Below are positions 1 to 9,779 of a stretch of 64,000 bases of DNA, in pieces. Below the pieces are notes generated by a model that saw nothing but the letters and a program-made list of their open reading frames with translations, did no database searches and was not told the DNA's origin. Made by a program: the position numbers and the translations under genes. How positions within the stretch are numbered: the stretch's first letter is position 1; each line of letters starts with the position of its first letter. This DNA comes from a virus. The stretch lies in IMG/VR virus record IMGVR_UViG_3300008085_000023, positions 1 through 64,000 of that record; one strand, written 5' to 3'.

Positions 1-161
1 ATGACCTCTTGTGCTCCATCATAAGAGATTGTCCACGTTGTTCCATCATAGACTAGGACATCACCATCTCCTGTTCCAGAGCCTTGACCGGCATAGAGTT
101 TGCCATCATATACACAAAGAGCCCGGATGACCTCTTGTGCTCCATCATAAGAGATTGTCCA
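1..161. repeat. 35-bp exact direct repeat (1-35 and 127-161), 126-nt/42-aa period, propeller-blade-like
   Basis: atgacctcttgtgctccatcataagagattgtcca occurs twice. Confidence 0.9.
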
Positions 162-1565
162 ACTACCGTCATCAACGCTCAAACTTACCCTAATATACTC
201 ATTTGTCACACCGTCTTCGGATTCCAAATATACCAAATCTCCATCGTAAATCTGTTGAACTTGAACAATATCAATTTCCATTTCACCTGCAGTAGCATTT
301 GTCTGCAAATTAACAGCCTCAAATGTATAGGAGCCTGTTGATATTCGGTTTCCCTCATCAGAACTATCACCAGCATATATATCAACAATTACAGTTTTAC
401 TGAATGGCCGGTTTGTTGTATCCGCTCTCATCAATAACTTTGCAATAGCTGCTGCGGTTTCATATGTATTTGTAATGGTTAGTGCGGTTGACATATCATT
501 AGTATATGCAACATCTACAAGGTTCCCCGCCAAACCGCCACCGGTGGTGGCGGAGTTAATGTCTGGCAATATGCGGAGGGTTACCTGTACGTCAGTGCCG
601 GCGCCGGTGCCTTGTCCGATATACCGGCGACCCGTGCCGGAAGGCGTTGTCTCGACGCCGTCGAGCTCCTGGCCTATCCAGTAGGTACCGCGGTCTTCCT
701 CCTCGAACGGGAATATCTTCCACGAGTTCCACTGGTTGGTGCCCGGTAACGCGTAGAACACGTACGGGCCGGTCGTCACGCCATTTCCGGACCAATACCC
801 AACCGACGATATGTCGAATCTCACTGGATCGGTCACGTTCCACGTGTATGTCCCGGCGCACGGCGCGCCGTTGGTGCTGGTAACGACAAGCTCCATGGTC
901 TTGCCTATCGTCTGCAGCAGCGCCCTGGCCTGATCGGTCGACATGAATCCGGAGAGCGGGTTGGTCCAGTCGCCGTCCTTGCGCAGGTATTCGTCGTCGT
1001 GCCACGCGTTCGTATCACCTCCGAGATTTTCAAGAGCATCTGTTACAAAGTCTGCATGGCTTCCAACTTCCCAGCCGTTGGTGTCGGCATCTGTTACAAA
1101 GTCTGCATGGCTTCCAACTTCCCAGCCGTTCGTATCGCTCTGTAGTACCCACGCCTCAAAAGCAGCGGTGTTCCAGCCATTCGTGTCGGAGTCTGTCACG
1201 AAATCAGCGTGAGAGCCTGTTTCCCAGCCGTTGGTGTCGGCATCTGTTATCCACGTCGATCCAGTGATATCACTAGCATCATGTTGATGATTAGTTAGAG
1301 CGTATGGCTCAAGCGCTGAATCAACAATATTGGTTACATCATCAAGAGTAGCAATATTTTCGGGGATGTTAGTGATGGCTGCTAGATAATGCGGATCATT
1401 AGTTGACACATAATCTGGGATTACTACGTTCGTTATAGATTGTCCCCCACCATCGAGATCATTTTGCAAAATAACATTATTGATCGGTGTCGTGCCTGCT
1501 GCAAATGAAAGAGATGCTATGAAAAGTAATCCCAGTGAAAAAAATCGGTGTATTATATTATTCAT
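1..1565 (-). CDS. Fibre/adhesin-like late protein with signal-peptide-like N-terminus; partial, runs off the window (>520 aa)
   Basis: Not in the ORF track because there is no stop in the window. ATG at 1565 gives MNNIIHRFFSLGLLFIASLSFAAGTT...; 17-aa DTNGWEVGSHADFVTDA repeats; 42-aa WTISYDGAQEVI..YDGKLYAG repeats; late promoter at 1574-1581. Confidence 0.75.
   Translation of the reverse strand, partial: MNNIIHRFFSLGLLFIASLSFAAGTTPINNVILQNDLDGGGQSITNVVIPDYVSTNDPHYLAAITNIPENIATLDDVTNIVDSALEPYALTNHQHDASDITGSTWITDADTNGWETGSHADFVTDSDTNGWNTAAFEAWVLQSDTNGWEVGSHADFVTDADTNGWEVGSHADFVTDALENLGGDTNAWHDDEYLRKDGDWTNPLSGFMSTDQARALLQTIGKTMELVVTSTNGAPCAGTYTWNVTDPVRFDISSVGYWSGNGVTTGPYVFYALPGTNQWNSWKIFPFEEEDRGTYWIGQELDGVETTPSGTGRRYIGQGTGAGTDVQVTLRILPDINSATTGGGLAGNLVDVAYTNDMSTALTITNTYETAAAIAKLLMRADTTNRPFSKTVIVDIYAGDSSDEGNRISTGSYTFEAVNLQTNATAGEMEIDIVQVQQIYDGDLVYLESEDGVTNEYIRVSLSVDDGSWTISYDGAQEVIRALCVYDGKLYAGQGSGTGDGDVLVYDGTTWTISYDGAQEV
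1036..1249. repeat. 51-bp (17-aa) tandem coding repeat: two near-identical and further degenerate copies
   Basis: gcatctgttacaaagtctgcatggcttccaacttcccagccgtt at 1036 and 1087; degenerate copy near 1190-1249. Confidence 0.9.
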
Positions 1566-1573
1566 TTTAATCC

Positions 1574-1581
1574 TATTTATA
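1574..1581 (-). promoter_or_regulatory. T4-type late promoter TATAAATA
   Basis: Exact consensus just upstream of the ATG at 1565. Confidence 0.75.
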
Positions 1582-1590
1582 CTCTGGCTA

Positions 1591-2184
1591 TTAAGTACCA
1601 AGAACACAATATTCTAATTTGTAATCAGCAGAATCTGTGACGCCAGATAGATCAACCGTAAAACCGGTTTCGCTAACGTCCCGCGTTGTGGCAAAGATAT
1701 TATGTGCATCAGCACTAGGCTTCCGTACAGATACAACCACTGCTATCGGAGGATTAGTCATAGCGGTATCGAACTCTACAGTGATTTCACTAACGCCACT
1801 TGGGATGTCAACCAAGGTTCCATTAAGAACAGCTCCAGCCAATGAGTTTAATATTGCATCAACTGCATTAATACGTGCTTCGTAGACTGATCGATCAACC
1901 TTCTGATTAAACTGTGATGCGGCCGTAGCTAAATGATCATTGAATATTGACACATCTAATTTAAGATTAAGCGCAGCATTCATAGCTGGATTATCGCTCA
2001 CTACACCTGATAGATCGGCGAAACGTGTCGTTAAGAGCTGACCTCCAGCAGTATCTTCATCATCACCAATGCGAATACCGCGGGATCCATCAGAACGAAT
2101 TTCAACAAATATCTCACCGTCGTTTGGGGTGAAACCAGAAATTTCTGCAGTTTCATACCGTCTAAATTGTAATATAGTAGCCAT
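1591..2184 (-). CDS. Tail-fibre-associated protein (Mtd/hyaluronidase-like N-terminus, small C-terminal beta domain)
   Basis: MATILQFRR...GEIFVE...IRIGD N-terminal motif; structural context. Confidence 0.55.
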   Translation of the reverse strand: MATILQFRRYETAEISGFTPNDGEIFVEIRSDGSRGIRIGDDEDTAGGQLLTTRFADLSGVVSDNPAMNAALNLKLDVSIFNDHLATAASQFNQKVDRSVYEARINAVDAILNSLAGAVLNGTLVDIPSGVSEITVEFDTAMTNPPIAVVVSVRKPSADAHNIFATTRDVSETGFTVDLSGVTDSADYKLEYCVLGT

Positions 2185-2221
2185 GTTTATTTTCCAGAGT
2201 TATAATAACCGGTCAATCTAG

Positions 2222-2255
2222 TACGATGATCGCGAGAAGCCCTCAGATCATCGTA
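2222..2255. terminator. Intergenic hairpin (possible terminator or processing stem)
   Basis: tacgatgatc / gatcatcgta 10-bp perfect inverted repeat; no clear U tract. Confidence 0.35.
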
Positions 2256-2265
2256 GAAGCGACAG

Positions 2266-2874
2266 CTATTTGTCATTAGGGTTATCCTTTACCTTGTGCC
2301 AACCGACCTCGCCAGGACCTAATTTAAGGGCGTTGTAGATCGGCTGAAATATCCGAAGGCCGATATATTGTTTCCATCGTCTAATGCTGCCGATCGTTTC
2401 TTCTATCACTGGCCAGTTAGCTAGCATATTAACATACAACTCAGCAGCATCTTTAATCGAGATAGCAATATATTGCTCTTCAAGTGAATGAATGTAAGCT
2501 TTAAGAATAGTATCGTCATTAAAAGATTTGATATTACGAATCATAGATTCAGTAACTATATACACGCGTGAATGTAAGTTAGCTACATCATGAATTGCAG
2601 AAGCAGCAAGCAAACCTTCTTTAGTGCGATTTCCAATTGACCAACGTAGAAATTTACCAAGCAAAGTTTTAGCTGAAGGATATGAAGGACCATCCCATAC
2701 ATATCCAGGACAGCACACCCACATACGATTATGATCATCTACGTAAGCAAGGTGACTACGGAGTTCCCATCCGCGCTTAATACGTTCAGGACGATTGGGA
2801 GCATATACATCGACATGGTGGCACTTAATAGTTGGCGTTAGCCATTCACCTGTAAATTTATTTTTCTTGCTCAT
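2266..2874 (-). CDS. DUF1353-like protein
   Basis: GYVWDGPSYP...AASAIHD motif; start moved to ATG 2874, which has a GGAG RBS. Confidence 0.55.
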   Translation of the reverse strand: MSKKNKFTGEWLTPTIKCHHVDVYAPNRPERIKRGWELRSHLAYVDDHNRMWVCCPGYVWDGPSYPSAKTLLGKFLRWSIGNRTKEGLLAASAIHDVANLHSRVYIVTESMIRNIKSFNDDTILKAYIHSLEEQYIAISIKDAAELYVNMLANWPVIEETIGSIRRWKQYIGLRIFQPIYNALKLGPGEVGWHKVKDNPNDK

Positions 2875-2882
2875 TGCATCTC

Positions 2883-3377
2883 CTAACTGATAGCGCCCAA
2901 TGTTAGTCGCCAAACTATTTTTGCGTATTCGTCAGTACCTTTAGTAAATCTGTATTCTTCAGGAAGCACTGTTCGTGCAACCATGTATTCAGTATTATCA
3001 AACTCTGCCGTATTAGCAAAAAACAAACCAATCTCATTAACATCTTTCTCGATATATTCGTCCCCTTGGAAAATACTTTCGAAAGTTACGATGTTGGGCT
3101 CAATCGCCTGCACTGAACTTATAAATTTCGATTCAAGAGTAGGAGCAATAGATTCCATCGCTGTCATATCAAATGTGGTTGCTGTAACACCGGCGCCCAA
3201 AGCGATGAAGTCCGCTTGATAACGAAATGCCGCGGGAGTCCATGTATGTGAAAGGACCTTTAAACCGGTCTCTACAACCATGTTTTTAGACGTAAAAGAT
3301 TCGATAATACTCTTATCACTTCTCATACGTGTTATCGACACGTTACCTTTAATTGCTATGTTGTTTTTTAGATTCAT
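2883..3377 (-). CDS. Phage tail/collar-fibre-type structural protein
   Basis: KNMVVETG...FIALGAG...EIGLF...MVART pattern; late promoter at 3387-3394. Confidence 0.5.
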   Translation of the reverse strand: MNLKNNIAIKGNVSITRMRSDKSIIESFTSKNMVVETGLKVLSHTWTPAAFRYQADFIALGAGVTATTFDMTAMESIAPTLESKFISSVQAIEPNIVTFESIFQGDEYIEKDVNEIGLFFANTAEFDNTEYMVARTVLPEEYRFTKGTDEYAKIVWRLTLGAIS

Positions 3378-3591
3378 CTATAACCATATTTATAAGTGTC
3401 TTTAATGACGACTTAATTTCAGCAATATCATTTTCTATTTGATCAATTCTTGCCCGTTCCTTCGCGCGAAGTTGCTTGCCCCTGACCGCTGCCGCATATG
3501 CTGCTTTGTCTACACTTAAGATAGCACCATTGCGTCTATCTCTAACCAAATCGTTGTGGTCTTTGATCTTAACGAATTCTTCGGCACCCAT
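3349..3591 (-). CDS. Small coiled-coil protein typical of T4-like phages
   Basis: LVRD..NGAIL motif followed by a coiled coil; lies directly after the DUF4815-like gene. Confidence 0.6.
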   Translation of the reverse strand: MGAEEFVKIKDHNDLVRDRRNGAILSVDKAAYAAAVRGKQLRAKERARIDQIENDIAEIKSSLKTLINMVIDESKKQHSN

Positions 3592-6500
3592 TACAGACTC
3601 GCAATCGCCGTGAAGTTCTTGATCTTGCAGACCTTTGCCTTATTATTCGTCACGAATACAATCTTAATTGCAAACTCGGTGAAGAGACCAGAAGCATTAG
3701 CTACTACAGGATCCGTCACATTAGGATCGGGATTAGGCAGAACAAATTCCATCTCGTAGTAATCTGTTGGAACACTGCTAATAGGCGCTGACTTGACGTT
3801 TGTATCGCCTCCAACCGAATAGGTTGTCATACGGTACCAATCAATTTCAGACATATTTTTAGTGCCATCAGCGATAGTTTTACGACGAGCATATACTGCG
3901 ATATCGCAATCTTCTGAAGGACGATGAACAGCAACGTTAACTCGAAGATCTTCAGACGCGTTGTTTAGAACAACGTGCTTAGTGATATATCGGGCAAGAG
4001 CATTACCACCACCAACGTATCCCGGGAAGTACTCACCAGCGTTAGTTGCAACAGTGAAATCCTTAAGGCGTTCAAATGTGCGCCCCTGAGAAGTAAAGGT
4101 TGTTCCTTCATCTCCTTCATCAGTGTCCTCTTCGCAAAGCTCTGCACCTTCTCCAGACAAATCGTCGTTGATAAGATTTGAGTAGAATATCACTGTGCCA
4201 GTTTCAAGATCAAGAACAGGAGATGTATCACGATCAAACGTAGTCATTCGAGCATCTACTGTGAAGTGACCAATACCTGCACCAGGAATCTCAGAATCCA
4301 ATTGAACTTCTCCACCAGCAGGAATAACATGAGCTCCTTCTGCTTCAATCCGCGAACCAGTAGGCGTGCGGTGAGCAGCTTCAAGCGCAAGACGAGAGTA
4401 AGGGAATTCTTGCGCTTTCATCAGGATCTTAAATCCAGTGTGATCATATGCAGAGATCCCTTGATCATTACCTGTAGCAGAAGTCCAATCATCAATCAGA
4501 CGAGGGTATGCTTGGTTATTATTTGGCAAGAACGTTGAGAACTTAACTTCATATGTTGCATTAGTTTCAAATATTGCTTTATGCAAGCGGCAAGTGAGGT
4601 TGCGGTATTGGTCAGGCGTCCACGTTGATTTGTTAAGCGACTTGAGCATCACACCAAATGAAGGATTATGAGTGACGATCTGGTTGCTATTCAAATCGAG
4701 TTCGCTAAGCACTGATGTCCAGACACGATATTCAGGAGAAGTGCTGAATATAATTACGGCATATTCTTCACCAGACTTCAGATAAACTGGATAATCAAAC
4801 GTAAAGCGCGTTGGCTTCGTCATGATTCGTGTTTGTGTTGGATCTACCTCGCCATAGTTTCCACTGTATCCAGATGCACCACCATCGTCAGTGATGATCT
4901 GGCGGCCCGTGATAAAGCTTGCAGGGATATCCTTACCAAGTTTCGTTACCTCAGATCCTGGGACTATAGTTTGTGTAGGTATACCATTATCAGTAGGTAC
5001 GATATAAATCGTGATAGGAACATTTCCATCATTTGGTTTTGACGCAAGGAAAATATCGATATCAGATAGGAACAACCCATTAGGATACTTGTCTCGTACA
5101 GTGAACGTTTGAGCAATAGGATCAAACTCATTAATAACTTGCAAGCTACTAGACGATGATGTACGAGTCTCAGACCAAACGTTTGTCTCCTGTCTAAACG
5201 TTCTTGCAGGTTCAATAACAGGAACTCGCACAGAAGATACAACTGACTGCTTCTCTTGGTTTAGACCGTTAGCAGTATACTTAGCTTGAGCGTGAGCATC
5301 TGACTCAGCATCATTGTTATATTCATTATCAATGAGCTTAAATGTACGCGTGCCAGTTTGGAAACGATGCTGACTATTATTTGGAATTGTGAAATAACCA
5401 ATGATCTCACCATTAGCATCAGACTTCAATACACCGCGTGTACCACCCTGACTATTTGTCGTTGGAAGATCACTAGCAGTTTCTCCTGTATGCAGCTCAA
5501 CATCGCTAGATGTACTTTGCTGAGGAGCAAGACTGTATACACTAATAGGATTACCATTGATCGAATCAGCTGTATTCAACTGTGTATTAGCGTAAGTTGT
5601 ATATGAATTGCTTGAATCGGTTGGAATCATTGAGCAATATTGCGTCACGTTGACATCATCGAAGAAAGCATATAGTTTAGTATTAGGCTTTAATCCTCGA
5701 GCCTTAAAACTGATATCTCTTGATCGCATCCACGGGATGATATTCACATTAGCAACACGATCGCCAAAATCAATATGTTGAGTGTGTCCTTCTTCAACTG
5801 TCAAAAAGTCTTGAGCGAAGATTTGATTGTTCGTAAACTCAGTAGTTTGACTAGACCAGTTATTTGATTGTTGAACAGTCTGTATCCAATCACCATGCTG
5901 TACTGATGGATTAGGATTTCTACGTGTGAAAGTCCCCGTGCTACTACCACTTGATGATGCAGTAATAGCACTAGTTGTGACGTCGCTAACCAACGTTTCT
6001 TGAACGCCATACATATCAACGAGTTCATTCGCGAACGTGGTAAACCCATTAGTTATAGGCGACAAGTCAACGATATGATCAGGAATACGAGTAGTATCAA
6101 CCCACTCATCCGAAGAAGGGCTAAGATGCAAGCGACCGGTCCAAGTCGTTACGCTATAAGGCTGAACACTTATTGTCGTCGAAGCTAAGAGATTTTCATA
6201 TAGGATTTCTCTTTCACCGGCCCAAAGCATCATAACTTCGCCATTACAAAATCCTGGCCAGTCAGCACCGGTTGTCTTCGAGCTATTTGTCGTTTTAGGA
6301 TTACCAAAGTCATCTAATACATATCCATCAATTGTGCTACCAGACTCGATGTAACGCGTGATTGCAGTTGGGAGAGGATTAATTGTCGTCACCGGAATCC
6401 ATGAAGCACGAAGCTGCGGGTCATTTGCTGGAGGACATACCAAACCCGTGAAGCGAAGACGATTATCGTAAACCTTAAAACTCGGGCCCATGGTTTGCTT

Positions 6501-9500
6501 CTTCGTATTCACCGCGCATGCATAATCAGCATCAGCAGGATTACCGACAGTGTGACCAATGAATGAATCCACCATTGTGCCATTCTTGAAACGTTCAATG
6601 CCATCAGCCGAATTAAGATCCAAGATCTTTTTGTTCCCAGCTTCTTTTTCTAGAAGTGACAATGAGCTGTAATATTCAAGGTTACGAATACGACCTTCTA
6701 GTCGACCAATGTCCTTCATCGTATAGCGTGTGTTGTCAATGTATTCCTTATTAGCATCAGCCGCCGAGTAAGTGTAAGGCTTAACGTAAATGTTGTATAG
6801 ATTCATACATGCTGAGCCGGCACCTTCAACAACGTGTGGCTGAGGCTCCATAGCTGGCATGCCCCTGCTTATAACATATTCACCAGAACTTGTCAGTGTA
6901 AGAATATCTGTACGGCCCATGTAGTTTACATATGACACTGCAATTGTGCTGTTAGGCGTTAACTTAACAGGCAAGCGATTCAACATTGTTGTTACAAATG
7001 TGTTAGTCTCAGCATCGTATGATCGATCGCGCTTCACACGGAAGTCGATATAATCAGTCATCGGGCGTCCCTGGAAGAATGGAATATCTTCAAAGGTAAT
7101 AATTTCAGAAGGATAACTGTTAGCAGTGAAGTAATGTTTATCCGTCTCAGCAGCAGATGGATGCACGAAGTATTGGTATGTTGCTTCAACGTTAACCACA
7201 CCTGGGATCGCTGTGCTTGGATCAAGATCTGAAACAATTTTAATAATAGGATTCTCGTAGAAATTATCGCCCTGGCCATCATACACTACGCGATAATCGA
7301 GAATCTCGCTTGTAACGCCTTCTTTATTAATGATCAGAGTGTCAAGTTTAACATCTTGATCTGGAAGTGTGCAGAGCTTTGTTTTCTCATTAACCTGTAA
7401 AGTAATACGGCCTTCTGTAGCAAGAGCACCCCGAGTCTCTAGCGACTTGATTCCAATCGCCAGATCTTCATCTGTCATATCATCTTCAATAACGATAGGT
7501 GCAAGGACCATGAGTGTATCGCCAATATCAACTATACCTTCAGCAAATGTGATAACCAAATCAGCACCGGAAAATTCAATATTGTTAATAGCAGTGATAG
7601 TGTTAACGAAGTTAGTATCCTTATAAACAACGATATCCAACGCGTTAATACCAGATTGGAATGGACGGGTACTAGCAGGAGGGCTTATTGTTACGACGTT
7701 GGCTACTGCAGCAGTTGAAGTAAATACCCTTTCAGCAACGTAACGTACCTTACTAATCGTCTTAATCGCTGGGGCCGGCATCGCAAATAATGATTTACTA
7801 GCCTTAGGATTCTTGATCATTTGATCAGTGATAAGATTACCACCAACAATCGAAGACTCAAGATATGGATAACTAAACCCAGGTGGTAGACTACCAGCAT
7901 CAGCTGAATTGAAATCACCATAAACAAATAGACGCATCTTCAACATACCTTCTTGTTCAGAAACGTATGGCTTTGACTTAGGAATTTGATATTGATCTAA
8001 AGCACCTGGATCATAGATTTCATTAGCGGTTACTGTACCTCTAAATGAAATGCCACGAATGTACTTACCATATTCATCAGCGTTGAATATACTTGCAAGA
8101 GGAGTAACATCGGTCGCAGTAGGATCGACTAACACATCGATATAGTTTCCACGATTAAGTGAGAACGTTGTATCCTCAACTGCCCGCTGATGTTCAGCAT
8201 CACGCGCTTTATCGAGAACAACTGTTCGTGTTCCACCAGCTTCAATGCGGAAACCATCAACATACGCAACAGCCGGATCAATTGAAATTGCAAGCTTCTC
8301 ATTTAGGTACTCAACAAAGGCTCGAATATATCCGCCTGTTTCACTTTCTAAATCATCTACTTCATCAACCAAATTACCACCAATATCGAGAATCTGACTA
8401 TTTCCACCTGGGGACTCAGCGAAGTCATTCTTAATTCCATTAGGATTATTCTGCAGGATAGTCTTCAATTCATAACAACCGCCATTACTACCGTCATTCA
8501 AATACTCAGATATACGAATTTTGAAAGGTGTTACTGAATAATTGCCACTCTCTTCACGTGTTCTTCGAGCTCTATCAGCATTAATGATTTCTGAAACACT
8601 CTGGCCGGCCGCATTAAGTTTTGCCCGTGAATCAAGAATTTCAAGAACGTTTAGGAACTGGATAGATGTATCAACTTCAGGATTAAATATCGGAGCAATG
8701 CCGGCGTTCTGCGCAAGTACTTCAGGATCGGCTGTATTCAACGCCAAAGTAAGTTTAATCGTATAACGATCTGCTCCTGGAGCTGAGTAGTTATATGCAC
8801 CAGTGGCGTTATCCTTAAGAGTAGCGTCCTGTTCAGGTGTTGTAACTGATTCGTCAATGATCAGCGATACAAAACCATCAACTCTTTCCTGCTCATCAGG
8901 AATTATGTAATATTGTTCTTGTTTGAAGGTGTGAACAAAGCATCCCTTGATGAAGAAGACACCCTCTTCAACATCGATCGTGAATCCGTTACCTGTAACG
9001 CGGGTGCTAGCGTCAACTCCATCTACTGTCGTCGAGCAACGACCTAAAGCAACCCACGCAGCTTCGCCGAAGCCTTTACCTGAAGGGTTGCTATCAACAT
9101 TATATTCGTCTGCAGCATTTACATACGCCTCGATTTGTGTAGCAGTATATTCATCATCTACATTCTCAACCACAGCCGCGATATCCTGACTTGTAACCGA
9201 GATGGGCGTAGAGTTCTCATCTGGCAGAACATCATTAGGAAAGAATAGAAGATCATGCAGTTTAAAGGTGCGTTGTACTTCGACAACGCCATCGTCATCA
9301 CCTTCAGTAGAGTACTTATGCCAAATGCGATACTTACCATCAGTTAGTTTAGAGATCGAAAGGATCTCGGCCTTAAGGTCGACAACCATATTTGGAATAG
9401 CTTCAGTTCCAATGTTCTTACGTGTTTCGATAAACTGAATGGCCTCAGCATTCAGCAAAGCGTCTGATGTCAGAGGGTTATCTAATGTGGCGTCGATGTA

Positions 9501-9767
9501 ATAAACGCCAGATCCTTGAATAGATGCTTCACCATTTAGAACTTGGCCGCCATACTTATTACTAATTTGTGACAAGCCCAACTGCGCAATCTGATTCTGG
9601 AGCATCGACTGCAGCTGATTTAGTTCGCGTGTTTGAACAGCCTTAGAAGGTTGGAAAAGAATACGATGGTAATTCTTTGTGAATGCATTCCGACCATTCG
9701 CATCTACTGTGTTAAAGTCATCAAAATAAGGTGCTCGGCTTAGTGAATTAATTAGTGAATCTGGCAT
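3591..9767 (-). CDS. Giant virion structural protein (DUF4815/VrlC-like), 2058 aa
   Basis: APYFDDF..KNYHRILFQP...VQTRELNQLQSMLQNQI; APGADRY; RYTMKDIGRLEGRIRNLEYYSSLSLLE; DPIAQTF. Confidence 0.85.
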   Translation of the reverse strand: MPDSLINSLSRAPYFDDFNTVDANGRNAFTKNYHRILFQPSKAVQTRELNQLQSMLQNQIAQLGLSQISNKYGGQVLNGEASIQGSGVYYIDATLDNPLTSDALLNAEAIQFIETRKNIGTEAIPNMVVDLKAEILSISKLTDGKYRIWHKYSTEGDDDGVVEVQRTFKLHDLLFFPNDVLPDENSTPISVTSQDIAAVVENVDDEYTATQIEAYVNAADEYNVDSNPSGKGFGEAAWVALGRCSTTVDGVDASTRVTGNGFTIDVEEGVFFIKGCFVHTFKQEQYYIIPDEQERVDGFVSLIIDESVTTPEQDATLKDNATGAYNYSAPGADRYTIKLTLALNTADPEVLAQNAGIAPIFNPEVDTSIQFLNVLEILDSRAKLNAAGQSVSEIINADRARRTREESGNYSVTPFKIRISEYLNDGSNGGCYELKTILQNNPNGIKNDFAESPGGNSQILDIGGNLVDEVDDLESETGGYIRAFVEYLNEKLAISIDPAVAYVDGFRIEAGGTRTVVLDKARDAEHQRAVEDTTFSLNRGNYIDVLVDPTATDVTPLASIFNADEYGKYIRGISFRGTVTANEIYDPGALDQYQIPKSKPYVSEQEGMLKMRLFVYGDFNSADAGSLPPGFSYPYLESSIVGGNLITDQMIKNPKASKSLFAMPAPAIKTISKVRYVAERVFTSTAAVANVVTISPPASTRPFQSGINALDIVVYKDTNFVNTITAINNIEFSGADLVITFAEGIVDIGDTLMVLAPIVIEDDMTDEDLAIGIKSLETRGALATEGRITLQVNEKTKLCTLPDQDVKLDTLIINKEGVTSEILDYRVVYDGQGDNFYENPIIKIVSDLDPSTAIPGVVNVEATYQYFVHPSAAETDKHYFTANSYPSEIITFEDIPFFQGRPMTDYIDFRVKRDRSYDAETNTFVTTMLNRLPVKLTPNSTIAVSYVNYMGRTDILTLTSSGEYVISRGMPAMEPQPHVVEGAGSACMNLYNIYVKPYTYSAADANKEYIDNTRYTMKDIGRLEGRIRNLEYYSSLSLLEKEAGNKKILDLNSADGIERFKNGTMVDSFIGHTVGNPADADYACAVNTKKQTMGPSFKVYDNRLRFTGLVCPPANDPQLRASWIPVTTINPLPTAITRYIESGSTIDGYVLDDFGNPKTTNSSKTTGADWPGFCNGEVMMLWAGEREILYENLLASTTISVQPYSVTTWTGRLHLSPSSDEWVDTTRIPDHIVDLSPITNGFTTFANELVDMYGVQETLVSDVTTSAITASSSGSSTGTFTRRNPNPSVQHGDWIQTVQQSNNWSSQTTEFTNNQIFAQDFLTVEEGHTQHIDFGDRVANVNIIPWMRSRDISFKARGLKPNTKLYAFFDDVNVTQYCSMIPTDSSNSYTTYANTQLNTADSINGNPISVYSLAPQQSTSSDVELHTGETASDLPTTNSQGGTRGVLKSDANGEIIGYFTIPNNSQHRFQTGTRTFKLIDNEYNNDAESDAHAQAKYTANGLNQEKQSVVSSVRVPVIEPARTFRQETNVWSETRTSSSSSLQVINEFDPIAQTFTVRDKYPNGLFLSDIDIFLASKPNDGNVPITIYIVPTDNGIPTQTIVPGSEVTKLGKDIPASFITGRQIITDDGGASGYSGNYGEVDPTQTRIMTKPTRFTFDYPVYLKSGEEYAVIIFSTSPEYRVWTSVLSELDLNSNQIVTHNPSFGVMLKSLNKSTWTPDQYRNLTCRLHKAIFETNATYEVKFSTFLPNNNQAYPRLIDDWTSATGNDQGISAYDHTGFKILMKAQEFPYSRLALEAAHRTPTGSRIEAEGAHVIPAGGEVQLDSEIPGAGIGHFTVDARMTTFDRDTSPVLDLETGTVIFYSNLINDDLSGEGAELCEEDTDEGDEGTTFTSQGRTFERLKDFTVATNAGEYFPGYVGGGNALARYITKHVVLNNASEDLRVNVAVHRPSEDCDIAVYARRKTIADGTKNMSEIDWYRMTTYSVGGDTNVKSAPISSVPTDYYEMEFVLPNPDPNVTDPVVANASGLFTEFAIKIVFVTNNKAKVCKIKNFTAIASL

Positions 9768-9779
9768 ATCGTTTGTTAC

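Noticed and set aside
592-1005. 137-aa Arg-rich ORF, and other antisense or overlapping ORFs (e.g. 51884-52451, 28871-29296, 56034-56654)
   Set aside because: Shadow frames of real genes in GC-rich or repetitive segments; no RBS, promoter or motif support
1-1249. Diversity-generating retroelement TR/VR pair
   Set aside because: The repeats are short in-frame tandem coding units without adenine-specific mismatches; no reverse transcriptase in the window
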